A DNA stretch of 63,996 bases, the filler included, from Sphacelaria rigidula (lineage: Eukaryota), in NCBI GenBank assembly GCA_964200075.2. It is 3 parts of 3 records of this genome, joined end to end, with 100 filler letters (N's around TTAATTAATTAA, not from the genome) between each part and the next. Parts side by side here need not be neighbours in the genome. Positions count along the whole stretch, not along the records: positions 1 to 21,397 come from CAXNAA020000427.1; 2 more parts are not named here. The stretch is one strand, 5' to 3'. The notes below the pieces were generated by a model, which saw only the letters and a program-made list of their open reading frames with translations, had not been told where the DNA came from and made no database searches. Below, one piece after another: positions 1 through 14,900 of the stretch. A program made the translations under genes and the position numbers. Positions within the stretch are counted from its first letter, which is position 1; the number at the start of each line of letters is the position of its first letter.

Positions 1-1005
1 TCTTCACTGAGATTCTCGGCCACATAAGCGCCAATTTCCAACATCAGTCTTTTCGACAAGCAAGTGTGCTTTACCGCCACTTCGTGCTGGCTCTGTGCAT
101 CTCCTTGAGATATCACGCCACATCAAGAACTACCTCGTTCTTTCAGTTAATGAGCCTCGATCGTGATCAGCACACCACATCGACGTTCTTCTAGGTCCGT
201 CACTTCAAGCCGCATCCTCCGAGGGAGCACCTCCGAGGACCGCCGCAATTCTCCGGAGATTTTCGTCTAGAATAATTTCGACGAGATATCATCTCCATCT
301 TCGACTACTTCTAGTTACAATAACAAATCTGTTGTTCTAACAGTGAAAAGCCGCATTTGTGACTTTTCTGAAACCCAAAAAGAAGCATTTCGGAAACAGA
401 ATACTAGAGAGTGGCAAATTAAAAGCTCTCTCGGTGAGAGGTTCTTCATCCGGTCTGGGCCTTAGCCCCTAAGATGCATCACCCTGCCACCAGCTAAAAA
501 CCAAAGATGCCTCGTTATCTTTCAACTTGTCAATGATTCAGAGGGTTGTCATCGTTTTTCGGGCGCACACCGACACCGTAGGGTCAGCAGTGATGACGCT
601 ATTCCGGACGACGCTATATTTCCCCCCGAACGTGTGTCCTACCTTCTGCCAACATGAATCACGGCGCAAGTGAATCACAAAGCTGAATGAATGCATAATT
701 TCCAAACGGGGTGCAGCGTTTGGTGGGACTGGTTTGAAAACTTTCATCAACTTGAAAAATATTTCCCGGTGGGGAAATGAAGAAACGATAGCTTACCATG
801 GTTATTGACGATTTTGGACCCAGTCTCACCGTGTGTGCTGTAATAAGAACACCGCATGTGTCAAGTATATCCAATAGGGACACGAGCAATGTGAAAACTT
901 GACCCCGTCTACTGGGAGCACTTGAATGGCCACAGTCCATACCATGTCCCAAGACTTGGTATGATGCTGCTCAAGTGTGTCAATTTGTTGTCTAAGAGAG
1001 CCAAT

Positions 1006-1449
1006 AACACGGGATCTTACAAATTGGGGATGGATCTTTTATTGGGAATGAGGAACCCGGAGAATTAAAATATTCGTATCCACACCAAATCTTCGAAACA
1101 TGGTTCCATTTCTTCATTTACTGATAGCTATTGACAACTGCTACACGCCATAGAAATTTGGGTTTCGATCACCGAAATGTTGGGGTCCTAGGTCAAAAAC
1201 TAATTTCGGGACCATTTTGGCGTCCGTTCGGACACCCGGAATACCCCAAAATTGGTTTTTAACCTAGGGCCCCAATATTTCGGTGATTGAAATCAAAATA
1301 TCTATGGCGTGTAGCAGTTGTCAATAGCAATCACTAGGTGACAGAATGGAAACCTGCTTCGGAGATTTGGTGTGGATACGAAGATTTTAATTCTCCGGGT
1401 TTCTTATCTCCAATAAAAGATCCATCCCCAATTTGTAAGATTCCGTGTT
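1006..1449. mobile_element. Foldback/MITE-like element, almost fully palindromic (about 444 bp)
   Basis: AACACGGGATCTTACAAATTGGGGATGGATCTTTTATTGG at the left end pairs with CCAATAAAAGATCCATCCCCAATTTGTAAGATTCCGTGTT at the right end. Pairing continues inward (TATTGACAACTGCTACACGCCATAGA / TCTATGGCGTGTAGCAGTTGTCAATA). Confidence 0.85.
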
Positions 1450-3765
1450 TAATGTCAACCGTTCATATGTGCGGGGGAGTGGCGAGCTGTCAGAATGTGG
1501 GCTATGTCACAGCAACGTGGAAACACACACAAAAAATTATGACCTGAGTCAAATACTGTAGATGGAAAGAAAAAAATCCACATCCCCACAGAACATGGCC
1601 GAGAGCATGAAAAAATGGAAACTTCTGAAACAATTTGCGCTGTCGCCTACGTGCATGCAGAGCGGGCCTTGGAGTGGTGTGGCAAAGCTCCCATGCTCTA
1701 TGGGCCCCTGCTTCTCGTGCGACCTCCCCCCTCCTCATGGTCCGGCGGAAACCCAGCGTGCTCCGTCCCGGTTTTGTATGGACGGACTTCCTGTAGGGTT
1801 GCGGCGTCGGTTGGCAATGACGCTATAGAGCGTTCCACTCATTGCGTAAGCTAGGCAAGCAGGTTACCGTTTTTTTGCGCGCTTGCGTTCTATTTACGGT
1901 AACCATGATGGTGGTCGAGCTAGAGATAATATCTCTGTGGTTTGTCATGGTATTTGATGGGACTGGCGTCGGGGTCAGTAACCTCGGGCACACATGATTC
2001 GGAGTACAGCAACATTTGGATATGAATCTTTGGGTCGTTGAGGGATGGCAGCTGTTGAAAGATCCAACTCGTTGTTCCGAATTGTTGACAGCGGTCGATA
2101 AGAGATAAACGTTGCATGGTTGGATTATCTTGTCGGCTGCGCATTGAATGCTCATGCGCACAACAGAGAGTATTGCTGGAATGCTCCTTGGACAGAGGGG
2201 TTGATACGATACATGAGCGGATGGACTCTTGGATGTATGGCCAGCAATGTCCCGACTACCTCCCGTTGGCTTTTAGTTGTACAATGTATGGATACAATTC
2301 TGATCGTAGGGTAGTTTGTATCAAGTACCCCCAACCCTTTCGTGATCACTCTCTTTGGCTACCTGGACACGCTCAGCGTTGACCTGCCGTTGCTCTGGGG
2401 TCCAAGTGGATCCTGCTGGTAAGCAATACAGTAGTTGTGGGGACTGTTAGCTTCTAATAGTTACTGTATAATACAAGTGGATATCTGATTTCTGTGAAAC
2501 ATCTGGATTTGAACTGCGTACTGTGGTTTGGGTTTTGGCTGATTGTTGCACAACAGCTGTGCCTACAATCGATGCACATACGGCTCGAGCCGCTATTCGT
2601 GAGAACATACAGCACAAGGTGTAGTGTGGCTGCCTTCTCGGAGGCGACGCGAAGCCTATTTACATCAAAGGTTCTCCATGCTAATAAGTTTCAAATCACA
2701 ATAATTCTAACAATTGAGCGAAAAAATGGAGACAAGGCCCAAGAGCAATGTTCATTTCTCCTCAAAACTCCCCCATAAGGCCGCTTTTTATATACTCAAA
2801 AAAGTATCTAAGAAAGTCGTTTTGGTCAGTTTCCAGAGACTTGCGACCTTATAGGGCCATTTTTCATGAAACAAGTCCCTGGAAACTGGCCACAATTTAC
2901 AGACAGCGGGGTTGTGCCAAATCTCTCCGCGAAAAGCCGTCGATTCGCAGAGTGTAATGAAGAGCTGTTGTGCTATATTGCAAGGACACAGCTTGCAATC
3001 CAAGTGCACAGGCTCACGAGGCAATTGGATAACAGCCAGGCTACCACAGCTTGCAGGTGCTGCACATAGGCTCAGCAATCAAATGTCAGACGAGTTTTCA
3101 CGCGGTGGTTCTTAACTTCTCCTTGATTGTCTTGTTTCTAACTCTAGTATCCAATCAATCAATCCAACCCAAATATGTCTCATCGATGCTTAGACTTCTT
3201 TCTGCTGGGAAGCAGTAGTGGAGCAGTAGATAGTGAGTGACGGGTGCGGCAGCGTTCCAGGAGAAACGAAGCCGTCACCATCTCCCTCATGTACAAGCTC
3301 ATATTCGTACCCGGCCAACTCTGAACAGACCTGCAGTCTTGGCTACCGAATCACTAGAAAGCAAATGGCCAGACTCGACAACGGGTCTGAAGCGGCATGA
3401 CAACAGGCTAATATGCGTCTTCATGACACTAACCCACCCAGACGAACCTTTATTACAGCTGCGAGGATTTATCCTCAAAGCAGCGAAAACTAAGGTTTTT
3501 CTTTACTCGTAAAGTCATGAGCGGCTAATAAGGCATACCTAAAGGAACACTCCCGTACCTAACACTTCCGTGCAAACAATCCTGTACCCACTCCCACACC
3601 TCCTCGCATACAAGCGTAGTACAGTCAGTGCGAAAGAAGTTGTGCATGTTGTATATACAGTACAGTACCGACAGCATAGCTGCTGCAGCACTCCATGTAT
3701 AGACAGTACAGACAATAAAGTGTTTATTTGCCGGCAGCGTTACTATTAATAGCGGTTCTCCATAC

Positions 3766-4220
3766 GAAATTTCATAGCACAACTCTCAAAAACTGAGACG
3801 CGATATCCAGATTTAGGGCATCTAGTGCCTCTGCTCGTAATGTATCGATTTTAGTATGGAACCTTATGTGCGCTATATTTTGAGACGGATAACGTATTAG
3901 GTGAAGGTGAGGGTATCTACCGTCTCACCGTGCTCCCGGGAATGTCCACACCTAAAATCGTCGTCATCCGCTGAATGTGTCGTTCGGGGTTTCATATAGA
4001 TGATAGTATGGACGTTACCTTTGAACGGTATAGGGATTACTATTAATAGATGTGGGGTTTAATCAACGAGAAAATATTGGCCCAGACTTTTGAGCAGATG
4101 GGCACTTTCCCCTTGATGGGACGATTAATAATATGATATGCGGATCACGGCCCAAGTCGTCTGTGCCGATGAGCTATTGCTTTGAGAACTTCAATCCGTT
4201 TCAATTCTAGGCTGACCCAG
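3766..4220 (+). repeat. Interspersed repeat, second copy at 22983-23440
   Basis: Both copies begin GAAATTTCATAGCACAA..CTCAAAAACTGAGACGC.ATATCCAGATTTAG and stay collinear for about 450 bp. Confidence 0.85.
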
Positions 4221-5911
4221 CTCGTATGGAGTTTCTAGCGTCCATTCCGAAGTTTCAGAGCTTCCACTCTGCACTCTGACTATAAGATGAGAAAAAAAAA
4301 CTTCCGAAACTCTCTAATGCCGAGCTAATTTACCCGACAAGAGAGCTTGAAACCGACTCACAATTGTGAGGGGGAAACGGCCCCATGCTGTCCCGTGGAT
4401 CTCGGGGGCACGGGAATTCCCGTCCCGTCCCGTCCCGAGGCGTTTCCCGTCACAGACCCTGGTGAAGATCTTTGCGACCCTTCATCCTCTCTAGGCAACT
4501 GTATGTAGGGAATAGACCAAAGCCTGGAAGTAAAAAGTATGTTTATATATGCCACATAACATGTGAAGATAGACTCAAGTTCACGAAGATTGTATGGGAA
4601 TTCCCGTTCCGTTGACGCGTATTCTAGTGAAAGTAGCGGGAATTTTTCCGAGAGGACGTGACAGAAACCTGTTGCCATTGCGCAAAACAACAACGGAACG
4701 GGGCGGAAGCATTATTTTATCGCCATAGTAAGGACGAGATAGGATGGGACCGCTTTTCCGTCGCCAAAATCGTCCGATTGCCGTCCCGGCCCGGGCAGTT
4801 TCGCATGAGACCTAATCCCATGACAAGCCCTCGGAACTAACACGTTCGAGTGTAGAAAGTACATGCAAGTCCTTTTCTACAATATCCTCCCCCCCAAAAC
4901 CAGCCCAAAAATGTCACGAAGATGGTCATACAGCGCCTGATGTTTGTTTCAGGCTGCATGAAGCGCCTCATAAAGGCGACATGGGCGAGAACGAACCGAA
5001 GCGTGGGAATTCCCAGCTGCTCGTAGTGCTCGGCTTTTTCTGTTTCGTTTCACGTGTAGATTCTGCCTCCCCGAACTTTTTTTTTTTCCCGTTATTTATT
5101 TGATTTCCTAATAGCTCATTATAGGTAGCTAGCCTGTGACTACGGAAGACATCAGCATCAGATGCCCTGTACGGATGTACCGCGCAGATATCGGAACGGC
5201 TTTCAATGTGAAGACAACGACAACAAGCCAGCCACTTCCGGGGGGGAGCTATCGTAGAAAGTGTCATGCAAAGGGGCATATGTAAAGGGGGAATGTTGAT
5301 GCAAAACTATCAACAACCGATGGCAGCTGCTTCGTGTTGCAGGCCTTTCGGACAGATGGGTGGCAGCTCGTTTCGGGTTTGGTTTGATAGCTCGTGTCAC
5401 AGGCTTCTCGATATTATCTGTGCATTCTGGTACACCGTTCTAGGTGGCGAGGCAAGTGAGAGCATGCCTCTCTTCCACTTCTCCCTCATGCGACTAGGTT
5501 TCGCAGAATAACGCTCGAAACAGTGAAGACAGAAAGACGTGTGTGTCCAAAAACTGCATACTTCCGAACAATCACAACAGGTTTACAACCCTTGAGTGGT
5601 TCCGTGGACAGATATTCAAACTTGAACATGCTCCAACAGCCCTTGACTCCCCATTTTGACGGATGATGATCACCAAAACACGACAATTCTGCGTATGCGC
5701 ACGTGTCCCCGCGAAAGGTTGTCTTCAGCCAGGGGGAACATACACTACACTACTATGCTCACTCGTCCTTTGCTCTTTTCTTACGCACGCCACCTCTGCA
5801 CAATTCCCCGCTGCAAACTGCTAGTGCGCAGGAAGTGAAGCCGAACACCCGAAGAAAGCATAACTACAGTATTGTCTTAAAAACGCACGCGACACACATC
5901 TGCACAGCATG

Positions 5912-8900
5912 CTATCTCATCAGACGAGCGTCCCAGAAATCCACGCCTCGATTGCGCTTCTTCATTCGGGGTGCTGATCCTCCGCCAGCTACTCGTGCGT
6001 GGAACGAGCCCTCGTGTTCTCCCGTGAGTCGAAAAAGCGGCAAATCTGTTTGCCCACGTTTAGCAACGGCCAAAGGTACTGTCCAATGTCGGCTAGCCTC
6101 CGAGTACGTTCGAGATGGTCCCGTTTGCTCCTGTCGGTCCCGCTCAAGGAGTAAGCCCTCCATATGTCGGGTGTGGGTCGATGCCTCAGAAGAGCATCTT
6201 GTGTCGTCTGCACTTTCCGATCCGCAAACGCGCGTACAGAACTGCAAGCCCCTGGATTTATCCTTGCTGTCAGTTGTCGCCAATCCTCGAACTGGTGCAC
6301 GGGGGACGCTGTGCTGTTTCCGTTGGGAATGGTCATCTGCTTGGCGCATCCATGATCCGTTGGGCGGGGTGCCACTCGCGGCGGATCCATCTACATTCAG
6401 ATTTTGTCCGCCGGCGGGCGGAGCACGGTCGAGCTTGAGTTCCTCTTGGCTCGCATTGGTTGTTCCCTGAAGTGCGCCAGGTGCCATGCCAAGGCGTCGT
6501 TTTCTTCTTTGTAAAGTTTCGAGGCCTGGACTCACCTGCCAGGTATATCAGCGTGACGCACTGGGCAATTCAGTAGATGCATTACTCTTCGTGTCATGAA
6601 CTCAAAACGCTGAAAAATTGACAATGGACATTGACATTGTCACTGACGTTGTACTGTGGGTACATTTTTCACGGGTCCCCCCGATACAGTACATCCACCA
6701 TTTAGCTGTAATTTGCTTCCACTTGCGCCATTTCGTTTACCTGAGTGCTGTGGAAGTTATGCGCAGACGCTGGGACATACTTCGACTCGCCAATAGAAAA
6801 CGATTCCGTGCCTTCCCTGGTCTCAGCCTAGTGAGGAAGGGGTGGATCCAGACGATAACCGACGATAGAAACGACAAAATGTCAGATGTGATATCATCAA
6901 TAAAGCGCACATTTCAGCAGCCAGCCATGAACATCCAAGGCAACATTTAAACCATTCAGTAGTTCGACGCCGAAGAGGCTCTGCTGTGGTCCCCCACATA
7001 CCTCGCCGGCATTTGAGAACTCGTGAGAAAACCCACGAATGTCTTCACCATTCACCCCTCTCTCGTCTGCTTGTCGAGCCTCCAACTCCGCTTGTCCGGG
7101 CTTGGGCATCGTGGATGCAGTTGCAGTAGGTTTGTAGCAAGTCCACCCGAACAAGTTTGCAACCTCCTTGCTCTCCCTTTCTCCACCAGTATCGCCCGGC
7201 CTCCTCCTCTCAGCAAAGAGCGTCGGACGAGGTTGTGACTGTACAGTACATACATTATGCTGCACCCCACTGGTTTCTTGTGGCAACCCCTGCGATGGTT
7301 CACCATGATCTTCGCCCCAAAGGGGCTGCCTAGAGCCATCCGCGCGTGATTCTCCCCAGCAGTTGCTCTGATTCACAGACGAACCCATGTCCCAAATACG
7401 TCGACTCACTGGACCCCCAGAACCGCTAGGTTCTTCTTGCCAGTGTCGGGGTCTCAAGTCGTCGAAAATATCGAATCTTGGGATATCTTCACGCAAACGA
7501 GCTTGGAGAGACAAGGGGAAGAGCGCTGTTGCCATTGCCACGTTACTCAACGAAGAGGCACCGTTGCTCGACCCTGACAGACACTCTCGTGAACTTGTCG
7601 CCCGCAGCGAGGAGAAGTCCCCTGGAGCGGGCACCGACGCGTTCTCTCGTATTCGCGACAAGTTTAGCCCTGCTGAGAGGCGAAGCTTTCGGCCATCAGA
7701 TGACTCAGGCGGGGATTCCGCTATAGCTGGTGCCCGTGACAACCGGTCCTCGCAAACCTGCTCTAGATCTTGCCTGTCTTCACGATACATACCCGGGAGG
7801 CTTGAGACTACATTTCCACCGAAATGATCGCGTTGCTTCGGCTCGAGGCCCTGAGCTTGGGCTTCGCTTTGCCGTGACCATGAGCTGCTACTTGTAGCAC
7901 TCGCGATAGACGCAGTACTCCACGACACTGGCAGATGATGCGGCCTCTCGTCAACCGGAAACGAAAGTTCGGCGAGGGCGGTGCGCTCTGCACAAAAGGG
8001 CCGTTCGATGAGCACTCGTGACCGACAAGGCAAAGGTGAGGATGCGTGCCCCAACCTTTCGACCTCGGATATACTTCCTTGTGTGCTCCTGCTCGTCGCT
8101 CCAGAACCCGGCGTAGTGGGTCTCTCAAACGCTGTGGCTGTCTCCTTTATAAGGCTCTCATGCCTCTCCGCGGTAGCTCCCGCACAAGACACCGTTAGGC
8201 TATTATCTCGCTCTTCATCTACTTGTGAAGGCGATAAAGGAACAGATGCGGAGATCGCAGTAGACGCTGTGCCTTCAAAAACTTTGTGGGTCTTGGGATT
8301 CAAGCACCCCGAGGCCACACCTGCCCGTTTGTACACAAACAACGAAGAATTAGCAGATAAAATGTATAGCATGCGTCTTGGGGGACAACACAATATGCAC
8401 GCGATGAGGGAGGACTGCTGACAACTAACTCATAATATCAAGTGCGCGAGGGCAGCGTAAGGGCAATGGGGAGTTGGTGAGTTTGCGTGAAACAAAGGAG
8501 TGTCCAGCGATCACGACCCACCGACGTACCTTGAGCGACGAGTTGTGGTAAATGGGCACCCAGAAAGTCCAGATCTTCCATTTCCCTCGCAGAATCTCCA
8601 AGTGGCATGAGATGTATTGTGTTCTGGGTGAGGTATAGCACGAGTCAACGCATGCACACGATTACCCAAAAACCCGAGAAGGGGGGTGAAGGTCGAGTGT
8701 CAGTGCAACATGGAAACGAAACTTGAGTTACTGTGAGCACTTGTATACCGGCAGTAGATATGATGAGCACCATCACTTGGCGTACTCTCGAGGAGCATAC
8801 AATCCAGGGCAACCCACGGGTATGTACCGTAAATGAGCGACCAGTCCTGGAGCGATTGGGCGTGGATAGCGGCGAATTCAAAGGTATCGCTACTCTCCTC

Positions 8901-11900
8901 ACGCTAGGAGCAACATGGCATAGTTTCTATTGGCGAAAACAATTGAACGAGGAAGACGCGATGATCAAAACCCCATACCTTCGTCTGTGGATCATACACA
9001 ATGTGGTGCCGAAACGTCAAGCGAGCCCTCTTGTACTGGCTCCAGTAATCCTCAGGAACCACGAGCTTCGTCTTCTCGACGGCATTGATGATCTTTGCAA
9101 CAGTACAGAGAGAAGGGCGGCAAATGGGTCAGCTATCATATCGTCACCTCCTGCAAATCAAACGTTGTCCATCATGAAGCATCGGCGAGACATGAATACG
9201 CCACGTTGCTACATCGCTGCATACGGAAAGCGTGCATAGACGACGAGTGCAAGAAGACAATACCTATGCTATCCTAGAAAACCCTGGTTCTACACTACTC
9301 AATATAGATTTCCGCAAAGCTATCTCACACTCACGTGCAGTACCCGCGGGCGGAACATGCGGCTTGATTTCTCCCTTCTACATTAACCAAAAATGAAACG
9401 TCACTGCCGAGTGGTTCCGTAGCGATTGTTCTATTCTTCTCAGCACCTGGATTCCCGACAATCCAAAGTTGCCAGTGACTGCCGAACTTCGCTACAAAAA
9501 AAAAGGGCCGGCACTAGCCCCGAATGTGCCGCTTGATACTAATAACGCGCCCCGCAGGGGTGTCGTAGACCGGCTCACCTATGGCAGTACCAAAAAGACG
9601 ACCAATTGCAATAAAACCCATCCACATAGTAATGCACAATGCACTCTAAATAGGATACCTACATGACGCACTCCGTCCGGCTGAGAGAGCAGCTTACCTT
9701 GTCCAACTTCCGATGTCGATATACGAGCTTGTGGGCGGTGGCAATGCCCAACCCCTTGATAGAAGCAGTAATGTAGTCGCACCCCACCAGCAAACACAGA
9801 TCCAGAAACTGTACGACGCGCAAGGACGAACGGGGGTCACAGAGCAGCATCCACGTCAATATTATAGACTCGTCCGAATGCGCGGTGTCTTTTAGATTCG
9901 TAGCCCCGCGTACCTACTGGGTGGGCACGGGTGACGTGGCAAATCAGAGATGGACACGGCGTGTGGCTGATCAGACGTGAAGAAAAAGTATCGTCTTCAC
10001 AGTTCACCACGGGAAAGAGGAGTGACAGCGCAGCACACAGAGCAGGAAGCGCATGCCAGCCGTCACAAATAACCACGTGCCAAGGACGGTGCTTGGAACA
10101 CTCGCAATCCACGTAGATCAACAGACAGTATGCTGAAGTGCGTATAACTGCCGTACCACAAGGCACCACCTCCAGTGCATGAGTAAAATACAACAGAAAT
10201 ATCGCGTAGGGATGACATGGTACTCACCCAAGGAACACAGTGCGTTTGCTGGTTACCAGAGAAACTCTTGCCCGAGGTGTAGTCCTGGAAAAACTGTACT
10301 AACAGTACAGCTACGGAAGTCAGGAACGAAAAACGTTCATCATGACTCACCATACTGTTCTTCCAGTTGCATAGCGACAGCGGTTTGTTTGCCGCGAGGT
10401 TTCGGAGTTGTATTTCCTGCCCGTTGCCCTCGTTATCCATCTTGAACATAACCTGCTTTTTCAAGCCAATGAAATACAAAGACCGCCGTCAGCAATACCC
10501 AACTATGGCGATCAGCTCAGCTACAGACATCAAACGCTTGGGGAGCACATCTCACCCGGCACCGTTTTCGTACATACTAGCAGGGGGGAACATCCGATAG
10601 CAACGAGTACGAGAGATGTACTCGAATTCCATTTATAATGCCCACAGCACGATAAGACTGAAGACAAGCTACTTGACAACACTGTTGGTAATCGCTTCAC
10701 CTTCTTGCACCCGTAAGGAAGGCAGTCAGAGTCCTCGGTGATGACGACATCAATTGCTCCCGTTCGACTCAAGTGAGCCAGCTGCGCATCTGCCTCGTAT
10801 GGTGCGACCATAATCTCCACACCAGCACGCTTTAGCTCCTTCGATAACGACAGGGTGATTGAGTCATGTTAGCAAAGGCAACCTGACACCATGCACCATA
10901 CCAGGTTCATACGCGCACATACATGTCCCAAGAAAAGTTGCGTGTTTTAACAAAGGCACAGCGAACAGAAACAGCAAACAGTGCCGCGCACGGGTATAAC
11001 GAGGTACAGAGGCGCTAGTTCCCAGCTTCCAAGTTTTGTGCTCGGTCGACCAACCAATGAAGCTGGGTCGGCACCCCATGAATCCGTGGAGGACTGCTTG
11101 TTGCAGAGGTAGCAAAAATGTTAGATGCCGCAAATTGTTGGATACTAGAAAAGAGCTGGCTGCAGGAATGCTCTGGTCATTCTGCCGGAGCAGTTCCAAC
11201 AATGTAGGCCACAACAAGGTGGAAAATGACTCCAGTAGGTACGTAGGTAGACGTGTCCCCTGACACACTGACTGCAGGTATGACTAACATAGACAAGAAG
11301 TTATTTGTCCAAATCGCATGCTCGCCGCGATAGCCACAGGCTTATTTTCACCTTTATGAAGGCGTAAGCCATGTCGTGAGTCACTGCCGTCGCTTTCGCG
11401 AAGTGATGGGCTGCTGCTCCCGACTCGCCTGCCGCCAATGCTTCTTGGCCCTTCACCATACTTGTTTCGCGTTGCCTGCACAAACGACGGCCGAGAAAGT
11501 CAACTGCGCGAAGTTTTAGCCTCGCCGTAGAGCACATCGGTGGGAGCAGTAATAGAGCGACAGCACCCGGGAAATTGCAGCACTCCTTCGCCTTTGATTT
11601 GCAACATAAAAGTGAAGAACATGTACAGTCTACCATCTCAATGATGGCCACCAGAGACTACTCATGCCCAAGCTGTTGATAAAGATCCAGGTAGAGTAGT
11701 TATTTCTCCCTCCATACGCTAAACGGGCAGACTATTTCGTCACTGTAGCCACGTATACATGCTGAACGAGTCACTGTAGGGACAGCGAGATGAGGAGGAG
11801 CGGCAACGGTGACCCATGTCATGGAGGAAAAGAGCCACTGGAATCTGCGGATCGAATGTATGACTCCAAGTAAACAAACCAAGCATTGATTAATATCGAT

Positions 11901-14900
11901 TGTCCCTCGTTATATGAAGTGACGTTTGCTGACGACTACGTCGATCGCTCTGCAAATGGTGTGTCGATATCGACTGTAATCTAGTCACACTTACTGTTCA
12001 TTTTGAGGTAGATGCGATAGTAACGTCTGGGTTTGCTCATGTTAGCCTCTTGGGTATGATGCGAACGAGTCACACACGTGTCCCATACTTTCGGCTTCCA
12101 TTCTACCCTGAATACGAAAACTGCTAGGAAAATACATGTCCAAGGGATCTTCCGTTGTACCTTAAAACGTGTGATCTATGCATCTGGGGGGGTTGGGTAC
12201 CGCGGGAGCTGTGGACGCCGCTTCTCCGGGGAACCTGAAAAACAGTTCCAGCAGCAAGTCTGCGCGCTACCGGCCAGATATAAGTTGCTGTGACGCGCAC
12301 ACGCCAAAATGAAGCGCTCTCAATACAGATGACTTGACGATTTCATTAACACAAGTATACTGCAATCAACAATTGATGCTGTGCTTGGCCGTATTTGCGC
12401 AGCTTTGTTTTGCTCCTTCATAAGTGTAGCCCGGATAACACCGTGGTGGAGTGGAAACAATTTCTCATAGTACATCGCCTATTGCGGACTGTTGGTACGG
12501 TCGTAGAATGACTTAATCTGCGGGACTTGAATCCGCCCGACGAAGAAGATAAAAGAAGGAATAAATCTTGTGACCACGCTCAGCACCGCACATCAACTCA
12601 ATAAGCGTTTCGAAACCAATCGCCTCTTGGAACATTCGTGCCCTTGAGGGCGAGCGATGATACACCGATCCCAACGATGGAGAATCTACCGACCAAGCGC
12701 AAAAGGGCTGTCTGTTTCGAACGTCAGTAAACTTCGGTCACTGCATTTTTCCCTCATCAGTCTGTTTCAAAGAGCGAACTTCCGAGCCCTGAACAGGCGG
12801 CTTTTGATGTCTGATGACTCATTTATGCGGATAGTGTCCGACCTTCACAAGAAGATCCACCAGCACCTGTGGGTCATTTGAGCGGAAAGGTAAGGGCACC
12901 TCTACGGTGAAGAATTTGGAGTGACTTTCATGAACGTATGGATAACATTTTCTCTACTTCTCTATAGCGGTGCTTCGTCAAACGCGGAATTCGCAGGCCC
13001 ACGCACGCACGGAAAGCTGGGAATGGCGTTCATAACTGATGGCCGCCGGGCTCCGGTGGTGTTATGGTCCAACTGTCGCCATCAGGGTGGAGAGAACGAG
13101 GGTTCGATTCCCGATGCCTTGCGTTTTTTGTCCAAAGTATCTGATTTCCACGGTGGAAAGCGTGAAAACGTGAGTAAACAAAGTAGTTGACTGAGTTTGC
13201 TTGACGTGAGTTGACGCGGCGCGGGAGTGCTGATAGTCATGACCCAATCCGCGAGACCAAAATGCAAGGCGTGTACCGGGGAGAGATGGGTTGACCTCTT
13301 GAGACCACGGACTTGTCCCGAGGAAGGGGAGGGGTTCAAAGTGCGACAAAAAAACAAACAAACTGATGGCATTGGCACCTCTTGTGTACACACACAATAC
13401 ATTGGTAAAAACGGGTACAGAACAGTACAGGAGCACATGCACAGCCCCAGATAGCAGTCTCCTTCAAGCGTGCAGTAAGAAGCCCTTCATCATTGGCATG
13501 CATTTACACACTGTAAAACAGTAGCAATCGACACAACCCACAAGCGGAGCTCTTCTGGAACAGTTGTGGTGCTTTGAAATCTCACGGTACCCATCCTTAT
13601 AGCGCGGCTGTGAGCTAGGCCGAACAAAACATCACGTGAACAACCACGTGATTGATGCTTTGAGAGTTTATCTTGAACATGCCATGACCGCTTCCTTGTC
13701 CTATCGACCACTCTTGTGTCATAGCAGGGATAATGCAGTCGACCATACAGGCACAAACACAACACGTGCATGCGCTCGTAGATATACACGTGGCCTCGTG
13801 CTCGCCGTTGAAGTCGGAGATGATTTTCAAGAAGCGGGGATTGATTTGCGAACAATCATCTGGCTCGCAGCGTCATTCGCTTGATCAAACACAACATGTC
13901 AAGCCTGAGGCTAAGAGTTGGTGTTTGTTGACTTGACAGAAAATACTTGTTGCGTAGATAGCACAACGTAGCACGCTTGGGGCGAATTGCAAAATCGGAG
14001 AATGGGGCGCTTGCTCATATGGCCATTGCTTTCAAACATCATCCGCAGTACAGGCAGTGCCAAACAATACAGGACAGGATGTGGTTTGCACCGCTGCATC
14101 CAACGATATACGAAATGGTCGCGCTGAGGGCCATGCAACGAACGTGAAGTGGTGCACCAGCGAACTGACAACAGCAAAATTGAGAATTTGTGCAACGTAT
14201 ATTCCGGACTCAAATAAGACGGCTGCCACATCTGAATGCTGCTGGTCACACACCACCCCGAGATTGTTACCATCGAACGACACCTTGCCAACTACACCGC
14301 GGTCCCTGTTTTGTAGCACATCACATACATACGTGCAAAACTGTTTCATCCTTCTTTCCCAACCATGGGCATCTACAAACTACAATTTGTGAGGGATCTA
14401 ACCTAGGGGTGTGACGAGACAGCTTCCAAAGGGATGAAGAAAAGTCACGCTGGATACTTTGTACGAAGTACGAACAAACATACCTTCTGCGCTCAAAATG
14501 TTTGCCACTTTTCACCGGTAGACTAGCTCCATCGAACACCATGATGGGCTTCGCTCCGTGATGCCGCAAGAGGCTTACCCGTCTCATGCAGAAAGTCACA
14601 TATCTGAACACAGGCGAGCAAATGAACGGAAACACATCGTGGTACGCAGAATTAAACGAAGAAACCCTCCTGTTCAACAATGATTGCATGAAAGCAGTCG
14701 CCTGTACATAGAGATTATTACTCAAGAGGTTTATGGTTCCAGCAAACGAAATCAGTCGTCAAATCCGCCGAAACATATCCGACTGCAGTCTGCAGTACAC
14801 TGCGCTAGAAGCACACTACCATACTCTCGACACTGAACCGAATTGATTCAGAATGGTCCTAGCGTACAGTACAAATACCCGTTTGAGCGCCCTAGGATTC

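Noticed and set aside
659-1005. Ulp1-like protease remnant (QVLGHGMDCG)
   Set aside because: Only a short partial motif is present, with stops nearby and no catalytic His/Asp context.
5703-6470. 255-aa plus-strand ORF and other long antisense ORFs (35820-36479, 41686-42201)
   Set aside because: They are shadows of GC-rich coding exons on the opposite strand and have no recognisable motifs.
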